Below are positions 1-14,221 of a DNA stretch of 64,000 nt, in pieces. Source of the stretch: Eledone cirrhosa (taxonomy: Eukaryota); assembly GCA_964016885.1 (NCBI GenBank), contig OZ024740.1, positions 223,200,001 through 223,264,000 of the forward strand, written 5' to 3'. Numbering within the stretch: the first letter of the stretch is position 1; each line of letters begins with the position of its first letter. The translations under genes were made by a program, and so were the position numbers. Below the pieces are notes generated by a model that was not told where the DNA came from, made no database searches, and saw only the letters and a list, made by a program, of their open reading frames with translations.

Positions 1-546
1 AAAGACTTAAAGACTTGGGACGAAGTGATAAAAGCTGACTTTGCCCAATTGCACCTCACAAAAGTGATGACTGAGGACCAGGATCTCTGGTGTTACGCAG
101 TAATGCAGAAGACCCGACTTCCCATGGGCACAGGCTGAAGATGTAGCATGTGTAAAATATGCACCCACCCACTCCCATACATACATTCACTGAAGCCTCT
201 AGCCCACACTGTAAAGTAGTCACATATGTATCATGGCAAAAAGCACCCAGTCCACACTGTAAAGTGGATGTGTATGGCAAAAGTGCCAAGCCCACACTGT
301 AAAGTGGTCATGTAGGCGTCATACGAAAAAAAGCACCCAGTCCATACTCTAAAGTGTGATCCTGTAGGCATCACAACAAAAAGCACCCAGTACTCACTAT
401 AAATGAGTTTTCAACTGGGAAGGGCATTCAGCTGTAGAAACCAAACCAGTCCTGTATGAATATGACCTGGCATTGCTCACAACACGATAACTCGTCTAGC
501 CCATGCCAGCATGGAAAAATTGATGTTAAACGGTGATGATGATGAT
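1..546 (+). mobile_element. RTE-clade LINE 3' end with tandemly repeated 3' UTR motif and (GAT)n tail
   Basis: From nt 10 it reads KTWDEVIKADFAQLHLTKVMTEDQDLWCYAVMQKTR, an RTE ORF2 C-terminus pattern. About 5 copies of AAAAGCACCCAGTCCACACTGTAAAGTGG follow, then GGAAGGGCAT..GCTGTAGAAACC, CATGCCAGCATGGAAAA and a GATGATGAT tail. Confidence 0.75.
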
Positions 547-587
547 AAATATATATAACTTGGTTGTCCATCGTAAACGATGATGAC

Positions 588-638
<51 letters not shown>

Positions 639-974
639 CACATACACATGTATTTATACGTATATATGTAGGTTTACACACACACATATATATATTTCAC
701 TCAGATTCATAATACATAATTAAATAAAGAAATAATTGGAAATATTACTTTTTTAACATTCAAAGAACAAAGCTATAATATTTGTTTACAATACATGAAG
801 TTCCACAAAAACTCTCTTTATAATAACTGTACATCAAGATGTTTGATAATTATATTTAAAATAAAATTAGGTCTGTAGTCAATCTGGCACAACATTGAAA
901 TACAGAAAATCAAGATTTAAAAAATTGGAATGTTTTCAATCAATTAATGACTTACCAGCTGCATATAAATATAA

Positions 975-1038
975 ATAAATACATACATATATACATGTAT
1001 ATATTATATATGTATAAATGTGTGTGTATATATATGTA

Positions 1039-1119
<81 letters not shown>

Positions 1120-1132
1120 ATGTGTGTATATG

Positions 1133-1199
<67 letters not shown>

Positions 1200-1447
1200 A
1201 TATATATATGTGTGTATGTGTATATATATATATATATATACAATATATATATATATAGGTGTGTGTGTGTATATATATATATGTATATATATATTTGTTT
1301 GTTTACTTGTCTCGCTCGTTCCCTCTATTTACGTGTATAAACGACTTTCTTTAGCCGTTGCTCGCACTAACCAGAGGTATATGATCTTTAAAGCGATGAA
1401 ATACCAATGAAGGCTGGAAGATCACTGATGAAGGAATAATTTTATTC

Positions 1448-1507
<60 letters not shown>

Positions 1508-1610
1508 ATAAGAAAAAATTTGAAGACTAAAATCCTAAGAGGGCTCGATAAGGATAAATATATATCAAATATATAAGAACCGTAGAGCAAATATTTAATC
1601 TGTTATTTTA

Positions 1611-1693
<83 letters not shown>

Positions 1694-1700
1694 ATATATA
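975..1700. repeat. (TA)n/(TG)n microsatellite cluster with short unique spacers
   Basis: Seen directly in the sequence. Confidence 0.9.
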
Positions 1701-2717
1701 TATGTGCGTGTATGTATGTATATATATATATTGGAATTAGGAAATGAAAATTGTTTCTCAATTTTAGGAAAGAAACATCACCATGACAAATGTTGCATGT
1801 AATATAACAAGTTTGCATTGTTTTACAGCAGAAGTAATCCGTGCTTGTCACTAATTATATTATCTTGATGTGTTTCGTCAAAATTTAATTCAATATGTCA
1901 TCATATACAAAAGTAACAGAAAGAATAATGTAGTCACAGTGACAAACACATGGGCACAGACACTCGTAACCCCACCCACTCCACATACATATATATATAT
2001 AGTATATTCTATATATTGTGAAATATCCAACCAATGACACATTAATTCACAGGCTGGTCATTCCATTGATTGAACAACTGAGTACTGGCTCTTCCAGAAG
2101 TTAGCACTTCTAACAACATCACTTTCAGAAACATGAAGAGGCATGCAGGCCTCTTCAACACGTCAATGTTGTAAATATTTGCTGAACGTTCTTTGATATA
2201 TTACTGATGTAATACATACATCTACAGGCTGCGTTTTAAAGTATTTTCATCCCACAAATTTTCTTCTGTTTTTAACTGCAGAAATATAAAATCTAAGTGT
2301 TGAAAGATGCAACAGTAGCATTTTTATGATTATTGTAGTCCAGAGGAAACAGGATAGAAACAAAAAGGAAAGAGAAAAATTGAGATGTAAAAACTAAACT
2401 ATTGTTTGTTTTTTTTTATTTACATTCTTCTTACTATACCACTCTAATGCTTCTTATTTTTGACAGAATAACAAAATTTAAGATACACGTTAACTGACTC
2501 CATTGCAGTTTTATATCACCCTTGGCTTTTCCAATCCGTGAATTCCTTCTTTTCATATAAATCAAACTTTTTTCTTAGCTATTTACCTAAATGTGTGTAT
2601 AACGAATGTGTGTATAACGACAAATGTTATAATTCTTCATATATATATATATATATATATAAGTATGTATGTATGTGTACAGCCACCGGAAATAACATCT
2701 GTGAAATATGCAGCGCC

Positions 2718-3628
2718 GTGCGAATGCCGTTCGGTCTGCGCAACGCTGCACAAACTTTTCAGCGGTTTATTGACACCGTGTTACGCGATCTACCCTTCGT
2801 ATACGCGTATATTGACGACGTGCTGGTAGCAAGTACTTCCGAGCAAGAACACGAGAAGCACTTAGATCTCCTTTACCAACGTTTGACTGAATACGGTATC
2901 ATCATCATTAACCCCAGCAAGTGCCTTCTCGGGGTTCCTTCACTGTCCTTCCTCGGGCACATCATCGATAAAGACAGCATTCGTCCACTTCCCGAGAAAG
3001 TAGAAGCTATCCGCAGTTTTCCCGCACCTACATCACTTCGGAAAGTGCGGGAATTCCTCGGTCTGGTGAATTTGTATAGGCGTTTTATCCCTCATTGTTC
3101 CGACGCAGCCAGACTCCGCGCGGACCTTCTTCGTAACCGGACTCGCAAAAACGAAGAGATCACTCTAAACGAGGAAGAATTAACATCTTTTAACCGCCTG
3201 AAGGAAATGTTGGCAAACGCTTCCATGCTCGTTTTCCCCAGGTCTGGCGCTCCTCTTTCGCTGCTAGTGGACGCATCAGACACGGGGGTTGGTGGCGTTT
3301 TACAACATGTCGACGGCGTGTGGCAACCCTTATCCTTCTTTTCTAAGCGGTTGCAACCGGCAGAAACGAAATACTGTATCTTTGGCCGCGAACTCTTGGC
3401 AACCTATCTTTCGGTTAAGCATTTTCGGCCCATGCTCGAAGGATCGGATTTCGTATCTACACGGTCCATAAACCACTAGTTTATGCGTTCCGTACCAAAC
3501 CTGATCGACATTCACCGAGAGAACTCCGACACCTGGATTTTGTCTCCCAATATTCAATTGATATTCGGCATATCAAGTGATCAGACAACGTAGCAGCCGA
3601 CGCCCTGTCCCGAATCCAGCTGAACGCT
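2718..3628 (+). pseudogene. Gypsy pol fragment: RT and RNase H, frameshifted near 3460
   Basis: Motifs RMPFGLRNAAQTFQR, YAYIDDVLV, SFLGH, VDASDTGVGGVL, FFSKRL..GRELLA, and DNVAADALSR in a shifted frame. Confidence 0.92.
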
Positions 3629-4070
3629 CCCAGATGGTTGCTCCCATCTTTCCTCAGGATATTCCAGACCCAGGATCATACGTACACCGTCTTCGACAAT
3701 ATATGTCTCACCTTGCTCCTGCAAGCACCCGTCAACAGAACACGGCCACACACGTACCTTCAGACATTAAAGATTGGACACACGTTTTCGTTCGAAACAA
3801 CACCATCTCAGCTCATCTTCGACCTCCATATTCTGGCCCTTGTGTTCTACAAAATATCCGAAATATTTTATTCTCGATCTAGATGGTAAACAGAATTCTG
3901 TCAGCGTGGACAGATTAAACAAAGCCATCATGGATACTGTTACAGTCTCTACACCAGAAGCTCCAACAGATTGCTGTCCCAGCGAGCCACCCGTTTCATC
4001 TCCAGTCACGAGACGTGGACGACGCGTCCATTGGCCCGCCAAGTTGGCACAATATGTGAATTACCGTTAA
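3629..4070 (+). pseudogene. Gypsy integrase C-terminal GPY/F region; integrase core absent
   Basis: THVFVR..LRPPYSGP, then KYFILDLDGKQNSVSVDRL and TRRGRRVHWP in another frame. Confidence 0.8.
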
Positions 4071-4969
4071 CCTCAAGTGAGTTTCTTAATCATTCTTCGT
4101 GCAAAACATTTCCATTTTCTTGTGTTTACTATTTCCAGTTTCAAATACAATGAATTTCTGCTTGAACAATTGCAATTTTTAGTGACCATGTGCTCATGTC
4201 ACGAAGAACATTATTTATTATGAACATTATTTATTACAAACACTATTTAAGAACAAACATTGTGTATATCATTGTGTATAACATTTTTTTCTTCTCTCTC
4301 TTGTTTTGCAAAAAAAATTATTTTTCTTGTTCTGTAACATTGATTGTGTAATTGCCATACTTTTTATATACATACAAGGCGTGTACATATTCTGTTTTTC
4401 ATGCACACTACAAAACCACGTTTGTTTCACCTTTTAGTTCATACACTGAGCAATAGATATTTTTCTTACACGACAAAATGTTTTCTCTTTGATCACGCAT
4501 TTCACAAATCGCATCCTCAAAACATGTACACATTCACTCAATAGCTCGAGAATGCCTCGTTATTTTTTTTACCACATGCATTCGCTCAAGTTATATTCTG
4601 TGGAGCAAACTGTTACTTTTAGGCAGCATGCTTACGGCCATTCAGTTCACACATTACGGTTATCTTCATTGCCCAGTTAGACTTTTTGTCACGCAATTCA
4701 CAGGCAGCTCAACCCAAATTGCAACAGGCTCATTCATCACGCCTGCATAAATCTGGTCAAAGTCATTTTATAGTTTATTTCTTTTTTCTCTTCCTGACAC
4801 ACATCTTGCCATATCATCTCTACATCGACTCTGTCCTGTACTCGATGATCACAAAATTTCACAACGTGCTGGACACTCCCGGGGCTATTGTCATGACAAA
4901 TGCACCACTGGCCCATTACTATACGATATTTCGCTCTTTTGTTGTACTAAAGATCTGGCAGGAGGCTAA

Positions 4970-5467
4970 TGTACAGCCACCGGAAATAACATCTGTGAAA
5001 TAATCAGCGCCATCTACCTGTTAGCTAGCTACCTCAACGTGAAACAAAAGAACCCTTAAAAGCTACCAAAATAAACGCCTACACAGCGGCTAAACATCAA
5101 ACGATTATTTCTGTATAAATAGAGTGGTTCTAAACACTTCGCAGTCGACATTTGGCAGAGTCAACTCGCGTATCGTTGTCCCTCGCCTCTGCCACGCTTT
5201 GTCTCTCACACACGCCTTGTACCTCGTATCGTCACTTCATGTGAAAATAAATAGCTGATCGAATTTACATCTCGTCTTGCTTCGTCCTTTCAACTTGTGC
5301 TTTCGTCTGTCCATCTTCAACAGTTCTTTTAAGGGCTATATGCGACTACAGTTCTTTTAAGGGCTATCGTCAGATATGATCAGACCGTATGCGATAACAG
5401 TCCTTCTAAGGGCTGTTCTCGGATCTGATCAGAAGTAGTGACCAGACTGACTAACCACGTCGCTACA
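4970..5467 (+). repeat. 3' LTR of the Gypsy element
   Basis: TG...CA termini, purine-rich GGCAGGAGG just upstream (PPT), TATAAATA at 5114 and AATAAA at 5246. Confidence 0.85.
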
Positions 5468-5689
5468 TATGTATACGTACATACATATATGTATACGGAT
5501 GTACAGTAGTATGTATATATATACATGCATGCACACATATATATATATGCACACAGACACATGTATATATATATTTATATATATATATATATATGCACAC
5601 AGACACATGTATATATATATTTATATATATATATATATATATGCACACAGACACATGTATATATATATTTATATATATATATGTATATA

Positions 5690-5778
<89 letters not shown>

Positions 5779-6369
5779 CAGTATAATATGAGATATTTTT
5801 CAAAGAATTAGTAGCATATATTTTCCCCCTGTTTATATTTCTTTCATCTCAGCTAACGTAGCTTAGAAGTTTACAGGTTTCATTGTATTCATTACTGTAG
5901 GCATTAGAAGTTAGAATCATCACTGATTATTATGACAAAATCTAAATGAAAATCTATTTATTTAACTACACACTCACACACATAAATATATTTAGATTAT
6001 TTTGCAATAGATTACAGTGTATTTCAACTTTAGGCTGTGTATAAATATATAAAGACATTCGAAAATATAGTTATACCAATGCAGATAACTATAGTAATAG
6101 TTGATGACTGAAATAATATTTGAACAATCATATAATAAGCATCCCGGAGATGGGAAAATGGACAAAGATGCATGAATCGAAATAAGCATCTCTTGAATTA
6201 TCCAGCAAATAGGAAAAGTTTCCAGGGGGGTACATTATTCGATTTGCTTAACTATTATTAATAGTTAACTAAACTAATATTAAAATTACCAAATATTATT
6301 ACAATTATCTGCATGGGGCATCTATATTTTCACATATCAAATTCCCCGATGCTTCGTAAATTAAACAAG

Positions 6370-6441
<72 letters not shown>

Positions 6442-6616
6442 TATGTATATATATATATATATAAATATATATACATATATATATACATATATAAATATAT
6501 ATATATATAAATATATACATATATAGATATATACATATATAAATATATACATATATAAATATATACATATATAAATATATACATATATATATATATACAT
6601 ATATAAATATATACAT

Positions 6617-6665
<49 letters not shown>

Positions 6666-6688
6666 TATATACACATATATATATATAC

Positions 6689-6721
<33 letters not shown>

Positions 6722-6861
6722 CATATATATATACATATACATATAAGTTGTAATAAAATGAAAACGAAATTTCATTTCTCACTCTTAGTACGACACTTAC
6801 TTAAAAGTAAGTATGTATGTATACGTACATACATATATGTATACAGACGTACAGTAGCATG

Positions 6862-6897
<36 letters not shown>

Positions 6898-7048
6898 CAG
6901 GTACACATACATATATGTACGTATCAGTTTAGCGGACGCTTATTATAACGCCCGCTTTGTTCGTTTGTATACAAACTGAACAGCCTGAATTTATGCCGTA
7001 CCGTGTTAAGGCAACTACGTCACCTTTTTGTTCAACACGGACACAGGA

Positions 7049-7091
7049 ACGATGTACTAGTTTCAAGCTTGTTAGCTATCATCAGCACCGT
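7049..7091 (-). ncRNA. Minimal type I hammerhead ribozyme
   Basis: acggug CUGAUGA u-agcu-aaca-agcu-u GAAAC-ua-GUA caucgu. Stem I is 6 bp with one GU pair, and stem III is palindromic (ACUAGU). Confidence 0.8.
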
Positions 7092-7327
7092 ATACCCTTC
7101 TGCCAGATGGTTGAACGTTCGAAAGTATATACTTTCCTTATGAAAATTAACGGCTGAGCAGCCTAGTTTGTATATCGAGTGAGCTGAATCGGCCAGGCGT
7201 ACCGAAAAGGATAAGTTGTAATAAAATGAAAACGAAATTTCATTTCTCACCCTTAGTACGGCACTTACTTGAATGTAAGTATAAATGTATACGTACATAC
7301 ATATATGTATACAGACGTACAGTAGCA

Positions 7328-7405
<78 letters not shown>

Positions 7406-7556
7406 CAGGTACACATACATATATGTACGTATCAGTTTAGCGGACGCTTACTATAACGCCCGCTTTGTTCGTTTGTAAACAAACTGAACAGCCTGAATTT
7501 ATGCCGTACGGTGTTAAGGCAACCACGTCACCTTTTTGTTCAACACTGACACAGGA

Positions 7557-7599
7557 ACGATGTACTAGTTTCAAGCATGTTAGCTATCATCAGCACCGT
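7557..7599 (-). ncRNA. Minimal type I hammerhead ribozyme (copy 2, one stem II change)
   Basis: Same motif as 7049-7091; the stem II region reads uagcuaacaugcuu. Confidence 0.75.
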
Positions 7600-7836
7600 A
7601 TACCCTTCTGCCAGATGGTTGAACGTTCGAAAGTACATACTTTCCTTATGAAAATTAACGGCTGAGGAGCCTAATTTGCATATCGAGTGAGTTAAATCGG
7701 CCAGGCGTACCGAAAAGGATAAGTTGTAATAAAATGAAAACGAAATTTCATTTCTCACACTTAGTACGGCACTTACTTAAATGTAAGTATGTATGTATAC
7801 GTACATACATATATGTATACAGACGTACAGTAGCAA

Positions 7837-7914
<78 letters not shown>

Positions 7915-8128
7915 GTACACATACATATATGTACGTATCAGTTTAGCGGACGCTTATTATAACGCCCGCTTTGCTCGTTTGTAAACAAACTGAACAGCCT
8001 GGATTTATGCCGTATGGTGTTAAGGCAACCACGTCACCTTTTTGTTCAACACTGACACAGGAACGATGTATGTATATGTACATACATATATGTTTGTTTA
8101 CGATGTATGTATACGTACATACATATAT

Positions 8129-8750
8129 GTTTGTTTACAAACGAACAAAGCGGGCGTTATAATAAGCGTCCGCTAAACTGATACGTACATATATGTATGT
8201 GTACCTGTATGTATATATATATATATATATATATATGCATGCTACTGTACGTCTGTATACATATATGTATGTACGTATACATACATACTTACATTTAAGT
8301 AAGTACCGTACTAAGAGTGAGAAATGAAATTTCGTTTTCATTTTATTACAACTTATCCTTTTCGGTACGCCTGGCCGATTTAACTCACTCGATATGCAAA
8401 TTAGGCTGCTCAGCCGTTAATTTTCATAAGGAAAGTATATACTTTCGAACGTTCAACCATCTGGCAGAAGGGTATACGGTGCTGATGATAGCTAACAAGC
8501 TTGAAACTAGTACATCGTTCCTGTGTCAGTGTTGAACAAAAAGGTGACGTGGTTGTCTTAACACCGTACGGCATAAGTTCAGGCTGTTCAGTTTGTTTAC
8601 AAACGAACAAAGCGGGCGTTATAATAAGCGTCCGCTAAACTGATACGTACATATATGTATGTGCACCTGTATGTATATATATATATATATATATGCATGC
8701 TACTGTGCGTCTGTATACATATATGTATGCACGTATACATACATATTTAC
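8129..8750 (+). mobile_element. Inverted ~1.3 copies of the same hammerhead-bearing unit
   Basis: Reverse complement of the 6743-8068 unit. GTTTGTTTACAAACGAAC recurs at 8129 and 8591 (period 462). Confidence 0.85.
8476..8518 (+). ncRNA. Minimal type I hammerhead ribozyme (copy 3)
   Basis: ACGGTG CTGATGA TAGCTAACAAGCTT GAAAC TA GTA CATCGT; predicted cleavage after 8512. Confidence 0.8.
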
Positions 8751-8995
<245 letters not shown>

Positions 8996-9007
8996 AATAC
9001 ATTTATA

Positions 9008-9063
<56 letters not shown>

Positions 9064-9072
<9 letters not shown>

Positions 9073-9474
9073 GACGGAAAATAAGAAAATTATAAAAATT
9101 ACTTACTAAAATTTCACTCCAACTAATTAGTTTCTGAAAGGGAATAAACATGGTTTCCGAATGGAACGTATGGAGAAACTTTTCGTCATCAGGAAGCTCA
9201 TTCTCAGCTAAGTTACCAGGCGATGCGTGGACCCAGGGAACTTATACAAAAATAATTCAGGTAATGGAAAAAAGCAAGCCTGAATTATTTTTGTATATGT
9301 TCCCTGTGTCCACGCATTGCCTGGTAACTTAGCTGAGAATGAGCTTCCCGATGAAAGTTTTCTCCATGCGTTCAATTCGGAAACCATGTTTATTCCCTTT
9401 CAGAAACTAATTATTTGGATTGAAATTTTAGTAAGTTAATTTTTATAATTTTCTTATTTTACGTCTTTCATATA
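9064..9474. repeat. Fold-back inverted repeat, ~195-bp arms and 17-nt loop
   Basis: 9064-9261 is the near-exact reverse complement of 9279-9474. Confidence 0.92.
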
Positions 9475-9582
9475 ATTGTTCTGCATCCCCTTGCATTGAG
9501 CCACAAAGTTACAAAGACAAACCTATATATTTTCGAGCATAGGTATGCATCTGTATATATATGTTGGTAGATATACTAATTC

Positions 9583-10260
<678 letters not shown>

Positions 10261-10487
10261 ATGGAGGTGGATGTGTTTAAGAAACATCTCGACACCTTGT
10301 TATCCAGGATCCCGGATGAGCCCACAGCAAGACACGAGGGAAACCTAAGGGCAGCAGCAACACACTCCCTCTTACACCAGTGGCCAACCTATACAGGCTG
10401 GAGATAAAATGTGTAGCAACAAGGGCGGTGCCCCAGCATGACCTCAGCCGGATGGCTGAAACAGGTAAAAGAATAAAAAGTAAAAGA

Positions 10488-10488
<1 letters not shown>
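10261..10488 (+). mobile_element. Short 3' fragment of a CR1-group LINE
   Basis: [17 protein letters not shown]..., then the tail GGCGGTGCCCCAGCATG..GCTGAAACAGGTAAAAGAATAAAAAGTAAAAGAA. It mirrors 10583-10811. Confidence 0.85.
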
Positions 10489-10582
<94 letters not shown>

Positions 10583-10583
<1 letters not shown>

Positions 10584-12864
10584 TCTTTTACTTTTTATTC
10601 TTTTACCTGTTTCAGCCATCCGGCTGAGGTCATGCTGGGGCACCACCCTTGTTGCTACACATTTTATCTCCAGCCTGTATAGGTTGGCCACTGGTGTAAG
10701 AGGGAGTTTGTTGCTGCTGCCCTTAGGTTTCCCTCGTGTCTTGCTGTGGGCTCATCGGGGATCCTGGATAACAAGGTGTCGAGATGTTTCTTAAAGACAT
10801 ACATCTCCACGTCATGCAAGTCTCTCAGATGCCTCGGTAGCCTGTTGATGATTTGAGGGCCCTTGTATCCCAGGCTATTGCAATACCTGCTCCTTATTCT
10901 AGATGTGGAAGATGGGACCTTTGGCACCACACAGTGACGTCCTGTTCGACGGTTGGTCCAGCTCCCAATGCCAAATTTTGGTGCTAGTCCCTCCAGGATT
11001 TTCCACATGTAGATCACTGCGTATCTCTCCCGTCTTCGCTCCAAGGAGTAGAGGTTCATTTCCTTTAGCCTCTCCCAGTAGCTGTCTCGCTCATCTTGGC
11101 AATCCTCTTGGTGTAGCTTCGCTGGATTGCCTCAAGCTCCGTGGTTAGTTTGACACTATGGGGTGACCACAACTGGGAGCAGTAGTCCAGGCGGCTTAGG
11201 ACAAAAGTCCTCCACAGTGTCAACATGATGTCTCGATTTCTTGTCCGGAATGTCCTCAAGATCCAGCCAGCGAGTCGTCTGCACGTTGTCGCCACTTTCA
11301 TGATGTGTGAAGAAAAAGATGCATCATCGCTCATGTCTATGCCCAGGTCTCGTATCGATTTTGACACGGGGATATCGGTCCCTCCTGGTCCTGTGTAGCT
11401 GTGTTCCACTATATTTGTTTTTGCAGGTTTGTATTGTAGGGCTTGGAATTTGCCAGCATTAAACTGCATGTTGTTTTCTTCCGCCCATCTATATATGGCA
11501 TCCAGATCCTGCTGTAAAAGGGCAGCGTCAGCCGGGTTTTTGATTGCCTGTGCTACCTTAGTGTCATCAGCATAGCTAGTGAGGGATGTTGTTGCATGCA
11601 CCACAGAGGGCATGTCCGAGAGAGCCACTAAAAACAGTAGTGGTCCCAGGACTGTCCCCTGGGGCACCCCACTTGTTATCGGTGTTTCCCTCGAGAGGGC
11701 CCCATTTGCTGCGACTGCCTAGCTTCTGTCCCTTAGGAAGCCATGCAGCCACTCACCTACTTTTCCAGTTATGCCGAGTCCGTGTAGTTTGTGACATGTC
11801 ATTCCGTGGTCGACCTTGTCAAAGGCCTTCGCAAAGTCAAGATATATCACGTCCACATGTGAGCTGTCTAGTAGTTGTCTCAGTACCCAGTCGTAGTGAT
11901 GTAGCAGCTGTGTAAGGCAGCTTCTTCCTGGGCGGAAGCCATGCTGCGTGCTAGTCAGGCGGTCATTTTCTTCGAGGAAAGTGATTAGTTTCTTTCTGAT
12001 GACTCGCTCCTTGACCTTACTGATATGCGACGTCAGGGAGACTGGCCTATATTTCTTGGCCTCCGCTCTGCTACCTCCTTTATGGATAGGGCATATTGTG
12101 CCTTCTTTCAGCTCCCTGGGTAGTACACCGCTAGCCAAGGAGCTTCTGAAGAGCATCTTCAGTGGAGTTGCTAAGGCCCGCTTACATATTTTTAAGAGAA
12201 CTGCTGGGAATCCATCAGGTCCAGCAGCCGAGTCTGTTCTAATTTCATCAATGGCGTACACCACATCCTCCTCCGTTATGTCTATGTGGTTGATGGTTGC
12301 CATTTCTTGGTGTAGTGTTGTGGCATCAAATAACTCCTCTGGCTTCTCCTCAGTGGACATGTGAAGACACTTTTGTACTGTTCGTTCAGTATTTCACATA
12401 TCTCTTGGGGGTTTTCGGTTAATGAACCGTCCGTGTGGAAGAGAGGCCCAATCTTGCAGTGTACTGAGGCAGTTTCTTTTGCAAATTTAAAGAAGGCCTT
12501 AGGGTTTGTTTCAATGTTTTCTATGGCCCTGTTCTCTTTCTTTGCCCTCTCATTCTCATGGGAAATTTTGAGTGCAATCTCGGTGTCAAGTAGTGCACGT
12601 TTCAAATAGCATTCCTTCTTGTTTTTGTTTTGTTGACTATTCAACTGGTTGGAGAGTTTAGTTCTACGTCTCATAAGGATTTTCCTATCTCTGGGAATAA
12701 GATGTTTGTGTCTGTTTGCCTCTTTCTCCGGGACAAACCTTTTGCACACAGTGTGTATCATTGTCATGAAGTGTTGAAATTGTGTGTTAGTGTCTTGTGT
12801 GGCGGTGTTTTCACTCCATGTTTGCTTCCGGATTTCACTCTTAATCTTTTTCCAGTTAGCCTTG
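10583..12864 (-). mobile_element. 5'-truncated CR1/L2-group LINE; ORF2 RT pseudogene with a stop and frameshifts
   Basis: AAGPDGF, YRPVSLTS, QHGFRPGRSCLTQL, IYLDFAKAFDKVDH, PQGTVLGPLLF, SYADDTK, RDLGI and YSLERRRERY, spread over four ORF pieces. Confidence 0.93.
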
Positions 12865-14220
<1,356 letters not shown>

Positions 14221-14221
14221 G

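Larger units (their letters stand above)
2676..5467 (+). mobile_element. Ty3/Gypsy LTR retrotransposon, internally deleted
   Basis: The LTR start TGTACAGCCACCGGAAATAACATCTGTGAAATA occurs at 2676 and 4970. The element ends ...CGCTACA at 5467, has TATG on both flanks (2672-2675, 5468-5471), and contains pol remnants. Confidence 0.88.
6743..8068 (-). mobile_element. Tandem array (~2.7 copies of a ~470-510 bp unit) carrying hammerhead ribozymes; retrozyme or PLE pseudo-LTR-like, no ORF
   Basis: The unit start ATAAGTTGTAATAAAATGAAAACG occurs at 6743, 7211 and 7719. Unit length varies with an internal (TA)n. Each complete unit has a hammerhead on the minus strand. Confidence 0.85.

Noticed and set aside
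1425-1447. CTGATGA followed by a GAATA/TATTC hairpin (hammerhead start)
   Set aside because: It is cut off by (TA)n before GAAA and stem III, so it is incomplete. Similarly decayed strings near 42860 and 51147 were not called either.
2225-2295. Possible minus-strand terminal exon after TTTTATATTTCTGCAG (LKTEENLWDENTLKRSL*)
   Set aside because: It is short, with no recognisable homology and no partner exons.
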